64,000 nt of DNA from Acidobacteriota bacterium (GTDB lineage Bacteria; Acidobacteriota; Vicinamibacteria; Vicinamibacterales; CAVVIG01), in contig JACPZW010000062.1 in the NCBI GenBank assembly GCA_016195265.1, positions 9,904-73,903 of the forward strand. The letters run 5' to 3'. Below the pieces are notes generated by a model, which searched no databases, was not told the origin of the DNA, and worked only from the letters and a program-made list of their open reading frames with translations. This document shows positions 48,386 to 57,161 of this stretch, piece after piece. The stretch's first letter is position 1; every line of letters starts with the position of its first letter. A program made the translations under genes and the position numbers.

Positions 48386-48479
48386 CCCGTCACTCCATCC
48401 ACCCCGTCATTTCATCTACCCAGTCATGCCATCTTCCTAGTCGCTCCGTCCACCCTTCGTTGTACAATTCCCGTTCCCC

Positions 48480-49076
48480 GTGGAGTATCACATCACGCAA
48501 TACGATCTCGAGCAAGGCGCGCTCGAGATCCAGTACATCGAAGAGTTCTTCGGCGAGTTTCCCCGAAAAAAGACCGCCGCGGAAATCGTCCAGCGTCTCT
48601 CGGGTCGCCGCCATCTGATTCTGCTCGCCACCGCGCCGCTCGCCGACGATGATGGCGCCATCGTGCCCGTGTCGTTCAAGGTCGCCCACGAAATCACGCT
48701 GGGTGAGACTGAGCCGAAACTCGCGGACATCGTGCACCGGCTCAGCGACAACATCCAGTTTCCCGGCCGGCGCATCCTTTATACCTGGATCGGCGGCACG
48801 CGCCGCGACTGGCGCGGCCGGGGCTTCTTCCGCGCGCTGACCGAGCAGCAGGAGAGCTGGGCGATCGAACAGGGCTTCGACGAGATCGTCGTCAAGACGA
48901 AGAACAAGTTCTACGAGATGCGCGGGACGCTCGACCACCTGCGGTTCGAAGTCGTCAAGTACGAGCGCAACAACGCCGACAACGCCGAGTCCAAGGTCTA
49001 CCTCAGCAAGAAGCTCCTGCCGGAGATGGTGCGACGGCACCGAAGTGCGAGGTCGGTCGTGGAAATTAGGAATTAA
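48480..49076 (+). CDS. GNAT-family N-acetyltransferase
   Basis: WRGRGFFRAL acetyl-CoA-binding motif in a ~200-aa protein. GTG start. The last codons (EIRN-stop) lie in a GAAATTAGGAAT word. Confidence 0.65.
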   Translation: MEYHITQYDLEQGALEIQYIEEFFGEFPRKKTAAEIVQRLSGRRHLILLATAPLADDDGAIVPVSFKVAHEITLGETEPKLADIVHRLSDNIQFPGRRILYTWIGGTRRDWRGRGFFRALTEQQESWAIEQGFDEIVVKTKNKFYEMRGTLDHLRFEVVKYERNNADNAESKVYLSKKLLPEMVRRHRSARSVVEIRN

Positions 49077-49081
49077 TTCCC

Positions 49082-49582
49082 ATGCCTCCGACAACTCCCT
49101 ACTCCTCCGACCTCAGCAACCGCGACCCGCTTCTCGCCATGCGCGAGTCGTCGGCCCGCTACCGCGCGATTGCCGGCAACTGGTCGCCGGCGCAGTTCGA
49201 GCGCAGCTACGCGCCAGGCAAATGGACGGCGCGACAGGTGCTGATCCATCTCGCGCAGACCGAGCTCGCGCTCGGCACGCGCGCGCGGATGGCGCTCGCG
49301 ACGCCGAATTACGTCGCGCAGGCATTCGATCAGGATGCGTGGGTCGCGCTCGAGCGCGGCCTCAGCGGCCGCGACGCGCTCGACGTGTTCCTCGCGCTCG
49401 TGGCGATGAACCGGTCGCTCTTCGAATCGCTCTCGCCGGCTGAGCGCGCGACGCCGCTCGCGCATCCCGAGTACGGCGCGCTGTCGGTCGACTGGATCGT
49501 CCATCAGCTCGCGGGGCACGAGATCCATCACCTCACGCAGATCGAAGCCATCGACGCAAGGTGCTGCCCCGTGACACCCTGA
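49082..49582 (+). CDS. DinB-family protein
   Basis: WTARQVLIHLAQTE and HQLAGHEIHHLTQI histidine motifs. Confidence 0.8.
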   Translation: MPPTTPYSSDLSNRDPLLAMRESSARYRAIAGNWSPAQFERSYAPGKWTARQVLIHLAQTELALGTRARMALATPNYVAQAFDQDAWVALERGLSGRDALDVFLALVAMNRSLFESLSPAERATPLAHPEYGALSVDWIVHQLAGHEIHHLTQIEAIDARCCPVTP

Positions 49583-49659
49583 CTTTCCTGATCTCCCCCG
49601 ACTTACACGATCTACCCAGCGTTACCTGACCTGCCCCGGCTTGCCCGACTCACCCTCTT

Positions 49660-52600
49660 CTAGAACGAGAACCGCAGTCCGATCTGCCCGACGCGCTGTT
49701 CCGGACGCCGAAAATCGCCGGAGTAGCTCGTCGGCTGCAGCAGAGTCGTGTCTGCGGCACCACTCGACGGCACAACCACGCGGGTGCGGAAGCCGCTCGG
49801 GTTGATGTCGTTGAACAGGTTGAAGATCTCGCCAATCGCTTCGACGCGGGCGCGTCCGCCGAGGTTGAACACCTTCGACACACGCACGTTTGTCTGTTGC
49901 TGCGGCATGCCGCGGCCGCAGTTGACGGTCTCGCAGGCGCCAAGTTCCTTGAACGTGATCACGCCCTTGTCGGCGTCGAAGGTGTCCACGCCGTACGCCT
50001 TCGTCGGGATCTCCGTCGCGTCGCCGTCGAGGTTCAGGTCGCGGCCATCCACCAGCGCGACCGGCAGCGCCGAGCGGAACATGTAGATCGGCGCCACCTT
50101 GACGCCGCCCGGCAGCTCGAAGACCGCCGACAGCGACACGCGATGCCGCGCATCGGTGTCCGTCGTGGGACCGTTCTGCCGCGGATCGTCGAACGGGTTG
50201 TTCGGGTCCTGGATGTTCGCCGCGTTGAGCTGATCAACCGCCGAGCCGATGGTGCTCTTGGAGCGCGCCAGTGTGTACGAGGCAATAAAGTCCACGCCCT
50301 TCGACAGCCGCCGCCGCGCCGCAAAGATCAGGGCATCGTACGTGCTCTCTCCGACGCTCGCTGCCGGGCGGTTGCCGGTGGTGTTCGGATTGAGCGCCGT
50401 CGGCAGCAGCGCCGAGATCCGGCGCGTCGTCGTGCCCGGAATGCGCTGATTCACGCGCGGACGCGTGTTGAGGTCCCGGCCCATGGAGTCGACGAAGTCG
50501 ATGCTCAGGACGGTGTCCGACGTCAGCTCGTGCGACCAGCCGACGTTGGTCTGAATCTGATACGGCTGCTGGAGCTTCGGATCCACCCACTGGCCGAAGA
50601 GGGGATACGTGCCCGGCACCACGACCGCCTGATTCTGGCTCTGGATGTTGCTCAGCGGCTGGCCGACCGTGAAGAACGTGCCGTTCGGATTCCTGATCCC
50701 GGCCGCCTGGTTCACGTTGAACACGTTGCCGAAGCCCGACCCGCTGCTGTCGGCCGCCGCGAAGAGGACGTTCGAGTTCGTGTACCCGAAGTCCGTGTAC
50801 ACGCCCCAGCCGCCGCGGATGATGTCCTTGCCGTTGCCGTTGACGTCCAGCACGGCGCCGACACGCGGCTGAATGTTGTTCTTGTCGATCTGCGGATCCG
50901 ACGCGAAGTCATTCATGAGCGCGGCCACAGGGGCCGGCAATGAGTTGAACTTTCCGGCGATCGCCGCGTTCTTGATGAGCAGGTAGTTCGGGTTCTTCGA
51001 CTCATCGATGTTGCTGAGGCCGTCGACGATGTCGTATCGCACGCCGAAGTTGACGGTCAGCCGGTCGCTCACGCGCCAGTCGTCCTGGAAGTACGTGGCG
51101 AACTGCTTGGTCGGGATGTTCGCCGCCGCGTCGCCGTCGCTGATCGACACGGTGCTGATCGGCCCGGCCAGATCGTTGGTCAGGTGTGTGTAGAACACGG
51201 CGCCCTTGCCGGTGTTGAACGTAATAAACAAGTGCGGCTCGTTGATGAAGTTCGCGCCCACCTTGAAGTCGTGGCCGAGGCCGCCGTGGCCCGTCACGTG
51301 CCAGGAGAAGTCGTCGCGGAACTGGTACTTCCGCTGCTCGGTCGTCTGCGGCGTGTTGCCGTTGGCGCCGATGCTCACGCCGTTCGGGAAGCTCTCGGAC
51401 GGCGCGGAGCTGCGCGACGCGATGTTGTTGGAGAAATCCGCGTACTGGAAGATGAACTCGTTCAGCTTCGCGCCGCCCAGAACCCAGTTGTGGTTCAGGT
51501 TGATGGAATTGAGCGTGTTGACGGAGTCGCCCCAGTTGTCGAACGTGCTCTTGGGCCCCGCGCCGTACGGGGCCGAATTGCTGTTGCGGCCGTAACGGAC
51601 CGACAGGTACTGCGCGGCGTTGAGGTTCGCGGTCATCTTGGCCGTCACCAGGTTCTCGCGGTACGGCACCTCGAAGACACCGTTCTTGCTGGGGAAGAGG
51701 CCCGCCGTGTCGACAATCTGCGTCGTGTCCTGCTGTGTGCGCTCCGCCGCGACGAAGAAGTGCGCCGTGTCCTTCGCGATCGGACCGCCGAAGCTGCCGC
51801 CGAACTGGTTGCGGCGGTAGTCGCCCTTGGTTGGTGACGCGGTCGTGCCGAGGACCGAGAGCGTCTCGGTCTCGCTCAACGCGTTCATCGACTTGTCGCG
51901 GAAGAACTCGAAGAAGCTGCCGGAGGGCGTGTTCGTACCCGACTTGGTGACGACGCTGAGCACGCCGCCATTGCTGCGCCCGTACTCCGCCTTGAAGCGC
52001 TGCGTCAGGAAGTTGAACTCCTGGATCGCTTCGAGCGGGAACATCTGCAGCAGCCCGCCGACCGTGTCGTCATTGTTGTCGCCGCCGTCAATCTGGTAGT
52101 TGACGTTGCGGCCGTTGCCACCGTTGATCTGCGGCGAGTACTGCGTGCTCTTGGTCGGGTCGGTGTGGAACGCGAGGCCGACGCCGGGAATCGTCGCGGC
52201 GAGGTTCGCGAACTGACGGCCGTTGAGCGGCAGGCTCTCGATCCGCTTCGGATCGACGATGCCGCCGACCGACGAGTTCGTCGTCTCGATGAGCGGCGAC
52301 GCGCCGGTCACGTTGATCGTCTCGGCGACGGCGGCGACTCTCAGGCTGAAGTCGATCGCCTGGACCTGCCCGACGTTGACGTCGACGTCACGCTTGGTGA
52401 CCGTGGCGAAGCCCGACAGCGTCGCCGTCACTTCATAGATGCCAACCGGCAGCGCGTTCAATCGGTAGAGGCCGGCCGCGTCGCTGACTTCTGTGCGCGA
52501 AAACCCGGTGGCCGCGTTCTTGGCCGTAATCGTCGCGCCAGGCACCGCCGCGCCTTGCTGGTCGAGCACGCGCCCGGTGATGTTGCCCGAGGTCTGCTGC

Positions 52601-52662
52601 GCGATCGCCGGCGCGCAGCCGAGCAGGAACAGCAGGACTGTCCCCAGGAATTGCCGTCTCAT
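49660..52662 (-). CDS. TonB-dependent-receptor-like outer-membrane protein with a carboxypeptidase-regulatory-like domain
   Basis: Signal peptide, GRVLDQQGAAVPGATITAKNAATG...GIYEVTATLSGF, plug-like region, and a 1000-aa beta-rich body ending LRFSF. Confidence 0.8.
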   Translation of the reverse strand: MRRQFLGTVLLFLLGCAPAIAQQTSGNITGRVLDQQGAAVPGATITAKNAATGFSRTEVSDAAGLYRLNALPVGIYEVTATLSGFATVTKRDVDVNVGQVQAIDFSLRVAAVAETINVTGASPLIETTNSSVGGIVDPKRIESLPLNGRQFANLAATIPGVGLAFHTDPTKSTQYSPQINGGNGRNVNYQIDGGDNNDDTVGGLLQMFPLEAIQEFNFLTQRFKAEYGRSNGGVLSVVTKSGTNTPSGSFFEFFRDKSMNALSETETLSVLGTTASPTKGDYRRNQFGGSFGGPIAKDTAHFFVAAERTQQDTTQIVDTAGLFPSKNGVFEVPYRENLVTAKMTANLNAAQYLSVRYGRNSNSAPYGAGPKSTFDNWGDSVNTLNSINLNHNWVLGGAKLNEFIFQYADFSNNIASRSSAPSESFPNGVSIGANGNTPQTTEQRKYQFRDDFSWHVTGHGGLGHDFKVGANFINEPHLFITFNTGKGAVFYTHLTNDLAGPISTVSISDGDAAANIPTKQFATYFQDDWRVSDRLTVNFGVRYDIVDGLSNIDESKNPNYLLIKNAAIAGKFNSLPAPVAALMNDFASDPQIDKNNIQPRVGAVLDVNGNGKDIIRGGWGVYTDFGYTNSNVLFAAADSSGSGFGNVFNVNQAAGIRNPNGTFFTVGQPLSNIQSQNQAVVVPGTYPLFGQWVDPKLQQPYQIQTNVGWSHELTSDTVLSIDFVDSMGRDLNTRPRVNQRIPGTTTRRISALLPTALNPNTTGNRPAASVGESTYDALIFAARRRLSKGVDFIASYTLARSKSTIGSAVDQLNAANIQDPNNPFDDPRQNGPTTDTDARHRVSLSAVFELPGGVKVAPIYMFRSALPVALVDGRDLNLDGDATEIPTKAYGVDTFDADKGVITFKELGACETVNCGRGMPQQQTNVRVSKVFNLGGRARVEAIGEIFNLFNDINPSGFRTRVVVPSSGAADTTLLQPTSYSGDFRRPEQRVGQIGLRFSF

Positions 52663-52836
52663 CTATGCCTCCAAAAAGTAAGGAAACCAATGGCCACGCA
52701 CCGTCCAGATACCGGACGGTGACCAGGACCGAAACGTCACAGTTTATGACGATTGATGTGATCGAGGGAACCCTTTTCTTTACGGACAATTAAGGGTAAA
52801 TTTCTGCGCCGACCTGCGCCCGGCGTCAGACGGAAG

Positions 52837-54846
52837 TTACTGAACCGCCTTGAGTAGGCGTTCCACTTCCGGCCGCTGTGCGGCGTTGGGGGGCAGTCGC
52901 CGGAGGAGCTCCCGCGCGGCGGCGGCCGCCTCTGAACGTTTGTTCAATTTTGCGTAGACCAGGGCGAGGTTGAACCGCGCTTCGTCCATTCCCGGATCGG
53001 CCGCCAGGGCCGCTTCCAGCGAGGCGGTCGCCCCGGGCAGGTCGCCCCGCGCCGCCTTCAGGATGCCGAAGTTGGCCGAGACAATCGGGTCGTCCGGTGC
53101 CCGCCGGCGCGCTTCCTCGAGCGACTGTTGCGCGCCGTTCAGATCCTGCCGCCGGCCCTGGCACGTCGCGAGCCCGACGTGCGCGTCGGCGCCGGGGAGC
53201 CCGGTCGCGATCGCTTTCTGAAACTCCGGCTCGGCGCGCGCGCAGTCGCCGACCTCTAGTCGCGCGTACGCGAGCCGCAGGTGCGCCTGGCCGTTCTTCG
53301 GGTCGTCTCGCACCAGGCCGTCGAGCGCGGCGAGGAGCGCTGCGCCCGTGAGTTCACCCGACGTGACTTGAGCGATGCGGGCCGCCATCTCGCGCCGATC
53401 CTTCGGATCGGGGCGCGACATTGCGGATTGAGGATTGCGGAGTGCGGATTGGGAGTCGCCGCCGGAACTGTAGCCGAGGGCACGCAGGCGCTCCGACGCG
53501 TCAGTGTCTACTCCGGGGGCCCCTGCCCCGCTGACGCGCCCCGCGGGAGCGCCTGCGCCCCGCTCCGCTTGCATCCCCTGAAACAGCGACGGGGGGGACG
53601 CCGGCGAGAACTTTCCTACGCGCTGATCGAGCCCGCGCGCCACCGTACTCTGCGCCGCGATGACGTTGGTCTGCTCGCCGGCGTCGTGCTCAACGTCGTA
53701 CAGCTCGGCGCTCGGCGCGGCGATGTACTTCCACGCTCCCGACCGCAGCGCGCGCAGCGGCGCCCAGCCGAATTCCACGAGCGGCGCGAACGACTCGGCG
53801 TACAGCTCGCGCGCCCGCAGCGGCGTGCCCGCGAGCGCCGGCGCCAGATCGATCCCGTCCACATCGCTCATCGTCTGGCCCAACGCGCGCATCGCGGTCG
53901 GCGCCAGGTCGGCGAGCGTGACCGGATCCGTGACGCGGGCGGCGGCCCGAACGCCGGGACCGTTCATGAGCAGCGGCACGCGCAGCGTCGTGTCGTAGAC
54001 GAAGATGCTGTGCGCGAACTCGCCGTGCTCGCCGAACGCTTCGCCGTGATCGCCGGCGGCGATGACGAGCGTCCGGTCGCGCACGGGCGCGAGCGCCGCC
54101 AGCAGCCTGCCGATCTCGCGATCCGCCGTCGCGATCTCCGCGTCGTAGCGATCGCCGGTCGATCCGCCCGACGCGGGATCGCCGTACGGCGCGTGCGGCT
54201 CGAAGAGGTGGACCCAGAGGAAGAACGGGTGCTGGGTGCCGGGTGCCAGGTGCTGGTCGCTGGTCAGCCAGCCGATCGCTTCATCGATGACTTGCGAAGC
54301 CGGGCGTTCGTTCGCGAGGCGGCCGTCGGACCCGCGCGGCATGCGGTCGCTGTAGACGTCGAAGCCGCGCGCGAGCCCGAACTGGTGGTCGAGCGGAAAT
54401 GCCGCGACGACCGCCGCGGTCTTGAATCGGGCGGCGTGCAACTGCGTCGCGAGCGTCGGCACCGACTCGGTCACCGGCAGACCGTTGTCGCGCGCGCCGT
54501 GGCCGGGTGGGTAGCGCCCCGTGAGGATCGTCGCGTGCGAGGGCAGCGTGATGGGCGCGGCCGCGTACGCGCGCTCGAACAGCACGCCGCCGCGCGCGAG
54601 CGCATCGAGCGCCGGCGTGCGGGCGCGCGTCCAGCCGTAGGCGCCGACGCGATCCGCCCGGAGCGTGTCGATCGTGATCAGGACGAGGTTGCGCGCGCGC
54701 GGCTGCGGTTGCGGCGGGCGCGCGCATCCCGCGAGGGCTAAGGGCTGAAGGCTGAGGGCTAATAGGGCTACTAGGGCTAAGGGCTGAAGGCTGAGGGCAC
54801 AGAACTTCAGCGCAGACCTCAGCCCTACGCCCTCAGCCCTATTCAT
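52837..54846 (-). CDS. Sulfatase-family hydrolase fused to C-terminal TPR repeats, lipoprotein
   Basis: ATGA overlap with the upstream paralog fixes the start at 54846. Lipobox LALAGC, TIDTLRADRVG, GDHGE, then TPR-like repeats. Confidence 0.75.
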   Translation of the reverse strand: MNRAEGVGLRSALKFCALSLQPLALVALLALSLQPLALAGCARPPQPQPRARNLVLITIDTLRADRVGAYGWTRARTPALDALARGGVLFERAYAAAPITLPSHATILTGRYPPGHGARDNGLPVTESVPTLATQLHAARFKTAAVVAAFPLDHQFGLARGFDVYSDRMPRGSDGRLANERPASQVIDEAIGWLTSDQHLAPGTQHPFFLWVHLFEPHAPYGDPASGGSTGDRYDAEIATADREIGRLLAALAPVRDRTLVIAAGDHGEAFGEHGEFAHSIFVYDTTLRVPLLMNGPGVRAAARVTDPVTLADLAPTAMRALGQTMSDVDGIDLAPALAGTPLRARELYAESFAPLVEFGWAPLRALRSGAWKYIAAPSAELYDVEHDAGEQTNVIAAQSTVARGLDQRVGKFSPASPPSLFQGMQAERGAGAPAGRVSGAGAPGVDTDASERLRALGYSSGGDSQSALRNPQSAMSRPDPKDRREMAARIAQVTSGELTGAALLAALDGLVRDDPKNGQAHLRLAYARLEVGDCARAEPEFQKAIATGLPGADAHVGLATCQGRRQDLNGAQQSLEEARRRAPDDPIVSANFGILKAARGDLPGATASLEAALAADPGMDEARFNLALVYAKLNKRSEAAAAARELLRRLPPNAAQRPEVERLLKAVQ
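54733..54845. repeat. Word array/hairpin (AGGGCT/AGCCCT words) coinciding with a signal-peptide coding region
   Basis: GGGCTAAGGGCTGAAGGCTGAGGGC is duplicated (54735-54759, 54774-54798). A complementary arm lies at 54818-54845. Confidence 0.8.
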
Positions 54847-57161
54847 CGCGCCGCTCCCAGCCCTGCAAGCAACTTCATCGCAGCGTCTCTTTCCTTCGGG
54901 TGCCGACCGGGGGCGTTGAGCACCGCTCGATACGCTTCTGCGGCGCGTTTTCCATCGCCGCTCTGTTGCCGCGCGATCCCGAGATTGAGCCGCGCCTCGA
55001 CGAGATCGGGCGCTGCCGCGAGCGCGCGCTCGAACCACGGCGCAGCGTCGGACGCGCGGCCGCTCTCGACGAGCAGCACGCCGAGGCCGTTGGCGGCGTC
55101 GGCGGCGCCCGCATCGACATCCAGCGCGCGGCGATACGCCTGCTCGGCGCCCGGCCGATCGCCCATCGCGCGGCGCGCGTTGCCGAGGTTGGTCCAGTAT
55201 GGCGCGTTGTTGGGATCGAGCGCCGTCGCGCGTTCGAATTCGGCGGCGGCGTCGCGCGAACGATTCTCGTCGGCGGCCAGCAGGCCGAGACCGTTGTGCG
55301 CCAGCGCGCTGCCGGGCGCGAGCGCCAGCGCCGCCTGCTCGGCGCGGGCGGCTTCGTCGCGCAATGCGCGCGCGGCGGATCCCGTCGCCGTGTTCGACGC
55401 CTCGCGCACGGCGGCCGCGAGGTCGTGCAGCAGCGTGCCGTCGGTCGGCCAGCGACGCGCGGCCGCGCGGTAGACGTCCACGGCCGCCGTCGTCGGGTCC
55501 GCATCCTTCAGCGCCCGCGCGTAGGTCGTCGTGAATACCGGTGCGTCGGGGAATTCGCGCGCGAGCTGCTGGAGATCGCCGACGGCCGACGACCGCCGCG
55601 CGTTGAGCGCCGCGAGCGCGTCTTCGAAGCGCGTCCACGCGTTCATCCGTGTCGCGGGATTGGGCGCGCCCGCGGCCGGCGGCGCCTGCGGCGAGCTCGC
55701 GACGTACCCGAGCGAGCGCAGGCGTTCGGCGGTCTCGGCCGACACGGCGTGTGCGGCAGACGCCGGTGTGTGCAACAAAGCGAGGCGCCCGGTCATCGCG
55801 CTGATCACGCTCGCGGTGCTCGCTGGGGCCGCGACGCCCGCCCGCGCGCCGGCCAGGTCATGTTGTTCCTGCGGATCGTTCTGGAGATCGTAAAGCTCGG
55901 CGGCGGCGCCGCTGCGGATCGTCATCCACCGCCCGTCGGTCAGCGCCTGCAACGGGCTCCATCCGGCCACGCTCGGATACTCGGTTTCGCTATACAGATC
56001 GGGCCCGGTCGTGGTGTCCGCCTTCAGGCGGACCAGATGGAGTAGATCGCGTCCCTTCATCTCGACGGGCGGCCTGACGCCGGCGGCGCGGAGAATCGTC
56101 GGCGCGATGTCCACGAGGCTGACGGCTTCGTCGTGCCGTTCGGCGCGTTGTCCTGGCGCGGAGACGATGAGCGGCACGCGCAGCGTCGAGTCGTAGAGCA
56201 ACATGCCGTGCGTGCGCTCGCCGTGGTCGCCCAGACCCTCGCCGTGATCGCCGGCGACGACGACCAGCGTGCGATCGATGACGCGCCGTGCGCGCAGCCA
56301 GTCGAAGACGCGCGCGATCTGCGAGTCGGTGTAGGCGATTTCGCCGTCGTACCGGATCGCATTGTCGGTGGCCGGTGGCTGGGGACTGGAGACCAGTGGC
56401 TGGTGACCGGTGGCTGCCGCCTTCGCGCCTCCGGCGCTTCGGCGAGCCTGGCCGTAGCTCGCTGGCGTTGTCGACGGGCGGAGGCCGGGTGACCGGGATC
56501 GCGCTGCGCGGGCGCGTTCCACGAACTCCGCCGGCGCGGCGTACGGAGCATGGGGATCGTAGAGGTGGATCCAGACGAAGAACGGTGGGTCGGGTACAGC
56601 AGGAAGGGCGGGTGAGGCGGGTGGGGAGAGACGGCCATTGAGCCAGGCGAGGGCGCTGTCGACGACCGCCGATGCCGGGCGCTCGGCTTCGAGACGCTCG
56701 GTCGCGTTCGGATCGCGCGGGATGCGGTCGTCGTACGCGTCGAAGCCTTGCGCGAGACCGAAGCGCCGGTCGAGGACGAACGCGCCGACGAACGCCGCGG
56801 TCTGATAGCCGTGGTCCTTCAGCAGTCGCGCGATCGTGGGGTGCGCGCCGGCGAGCGCGTCCGTGCCGTTGACGCGGACGCCGTGCGCGGGCGGCAGCAG
56901 CCCAGTGAGGATGGATGTATGCGACGGCAGCGTGAGCGGCACGGCCGATCGCGCGCTGGCGAAACGGGCGCTGGCCTCCGCGAGGCGATCGAGCGCCGGC
57001 GTCAATCCGGCGCCGAGACGATCGGCGCGGAACGTGTCGATCGTGATGAGCAGAACATTCGGATGAGGCCGCAACGTGTCCGGAGCCTTGCCACACGCCA
57101 TCGCGAGGCAGGATGGCAGGAGGACCGCAAGGCAGCACGCGCGCCGGCCGCTCCACGTCAT
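54843..57161 (-). CDS. Sulfatase-family hydrolase fused to C-terminal TPR repeats, lipoprotein (paralog)
   Basis: ATGA overlap with the upstream M20 gene fixes the start at 57161. Lipobox LAMAC, TIDTFRADRLG, GDHGE, TPR repeats. It carries a repeat-derived insert that the paralog lacks. Confidence 0.75.
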   Translation of the reverse strand: MTWSGRRACCLAVLLPSCLAMACGKAPDTLRPHPNVLLITIDTFRADRLGAGLTPALDRLAEASARFASARSAVPLTLPSHTSILTGLLPPAHGVRVNGTDALAGAHPTIARLLKDHGYQTAAFVGAFVLDRRFGLAQGFDAYDDRIPRDPNATERLEAERPASAVVDSALAWLNGRLSPPASPALPAVPDPPFFVWIHLYDPHAPYAAPAEFVERARAARSRSPGLRPSTTPASYGQARRSAGGAKAAATGHQPLVSSPQPPATDNAIRYDGEIAYTDSQIARVFDWLRARRVIDRTLVVVAGDHGEGLGDHGERTHGMLLYDSTLRVPLIVSAPGQRAERHDEAVSLVDIAPTILRAAGVRPPVEMKGRDLLHLVRLKADTTTGPDLYSETEYPSVAGWSPLQALTDGRWMTIRSGAAAELYDLQNDPQEQHDLAGARAGVAAPASTASVISAMTGRLALLHTPASAAHAVSAETAERLRSLGYVASSPQAPPAAGAPNPATRMNAWTRFEDALAALNARRSSAVGDLQQLAREFPDAPVFTTTYARALKDADPTTAAVDVYRAAARRWPTDGTLLHDLAAAVREASNTATGSAARALRDEAARAEQAALALAPGSALAHNGLGLLAADENRSRDAAAEFERATALDPNNAPYWTNLGNARRAMGDRPGAEQAYRRALDVDAGAADAANGLGVLLVESGRASDAAPWFERALAAAPDLVEARLNLGIARQQSGDGKRAAEAYRAVLNAPGRHPKERDAAMKLLAGLGAAR
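56367..56458. repeat. Composite insert inside a CDS: GGTGGCT word array plus a family D palindromic element
   Basis: Words at 56367-56416. GCCGCCTTCGCGCCTCCGGCGCTTCGGCGAGCCTGGCCGTAGC at 56416-56458 is related to 21809-21856 in reverse orientation. Confidence 0.65.

Noticed and set aside
52663-52836. A riboswitch or regulatory leader upstream of the TonB-like gene at 52662, suggested by the hairpin CACCGTCC-N7-GGACGGTG near 52700.
   Set aside because: Only a single 8-bp stem is present and no conserved riboswitch sequence was recognised. No -35/-10 pair could be assigned with confidence.
54847-55638. N-terminal extensions suggested by the ORF track: 52837-55638 (933 aa), 54843-57515 (890 aa), 57158-58621, 35065-38703, 25385-27745, 21064-22278, 30272-31348 and 20180-21280.
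   Set aside because: The extensions overlap the preceding gene in another frame and are Arg-rich. Conserved domains, signal peptides or ATGA/GTGA coupling sites mark the later starts used in the feature list.
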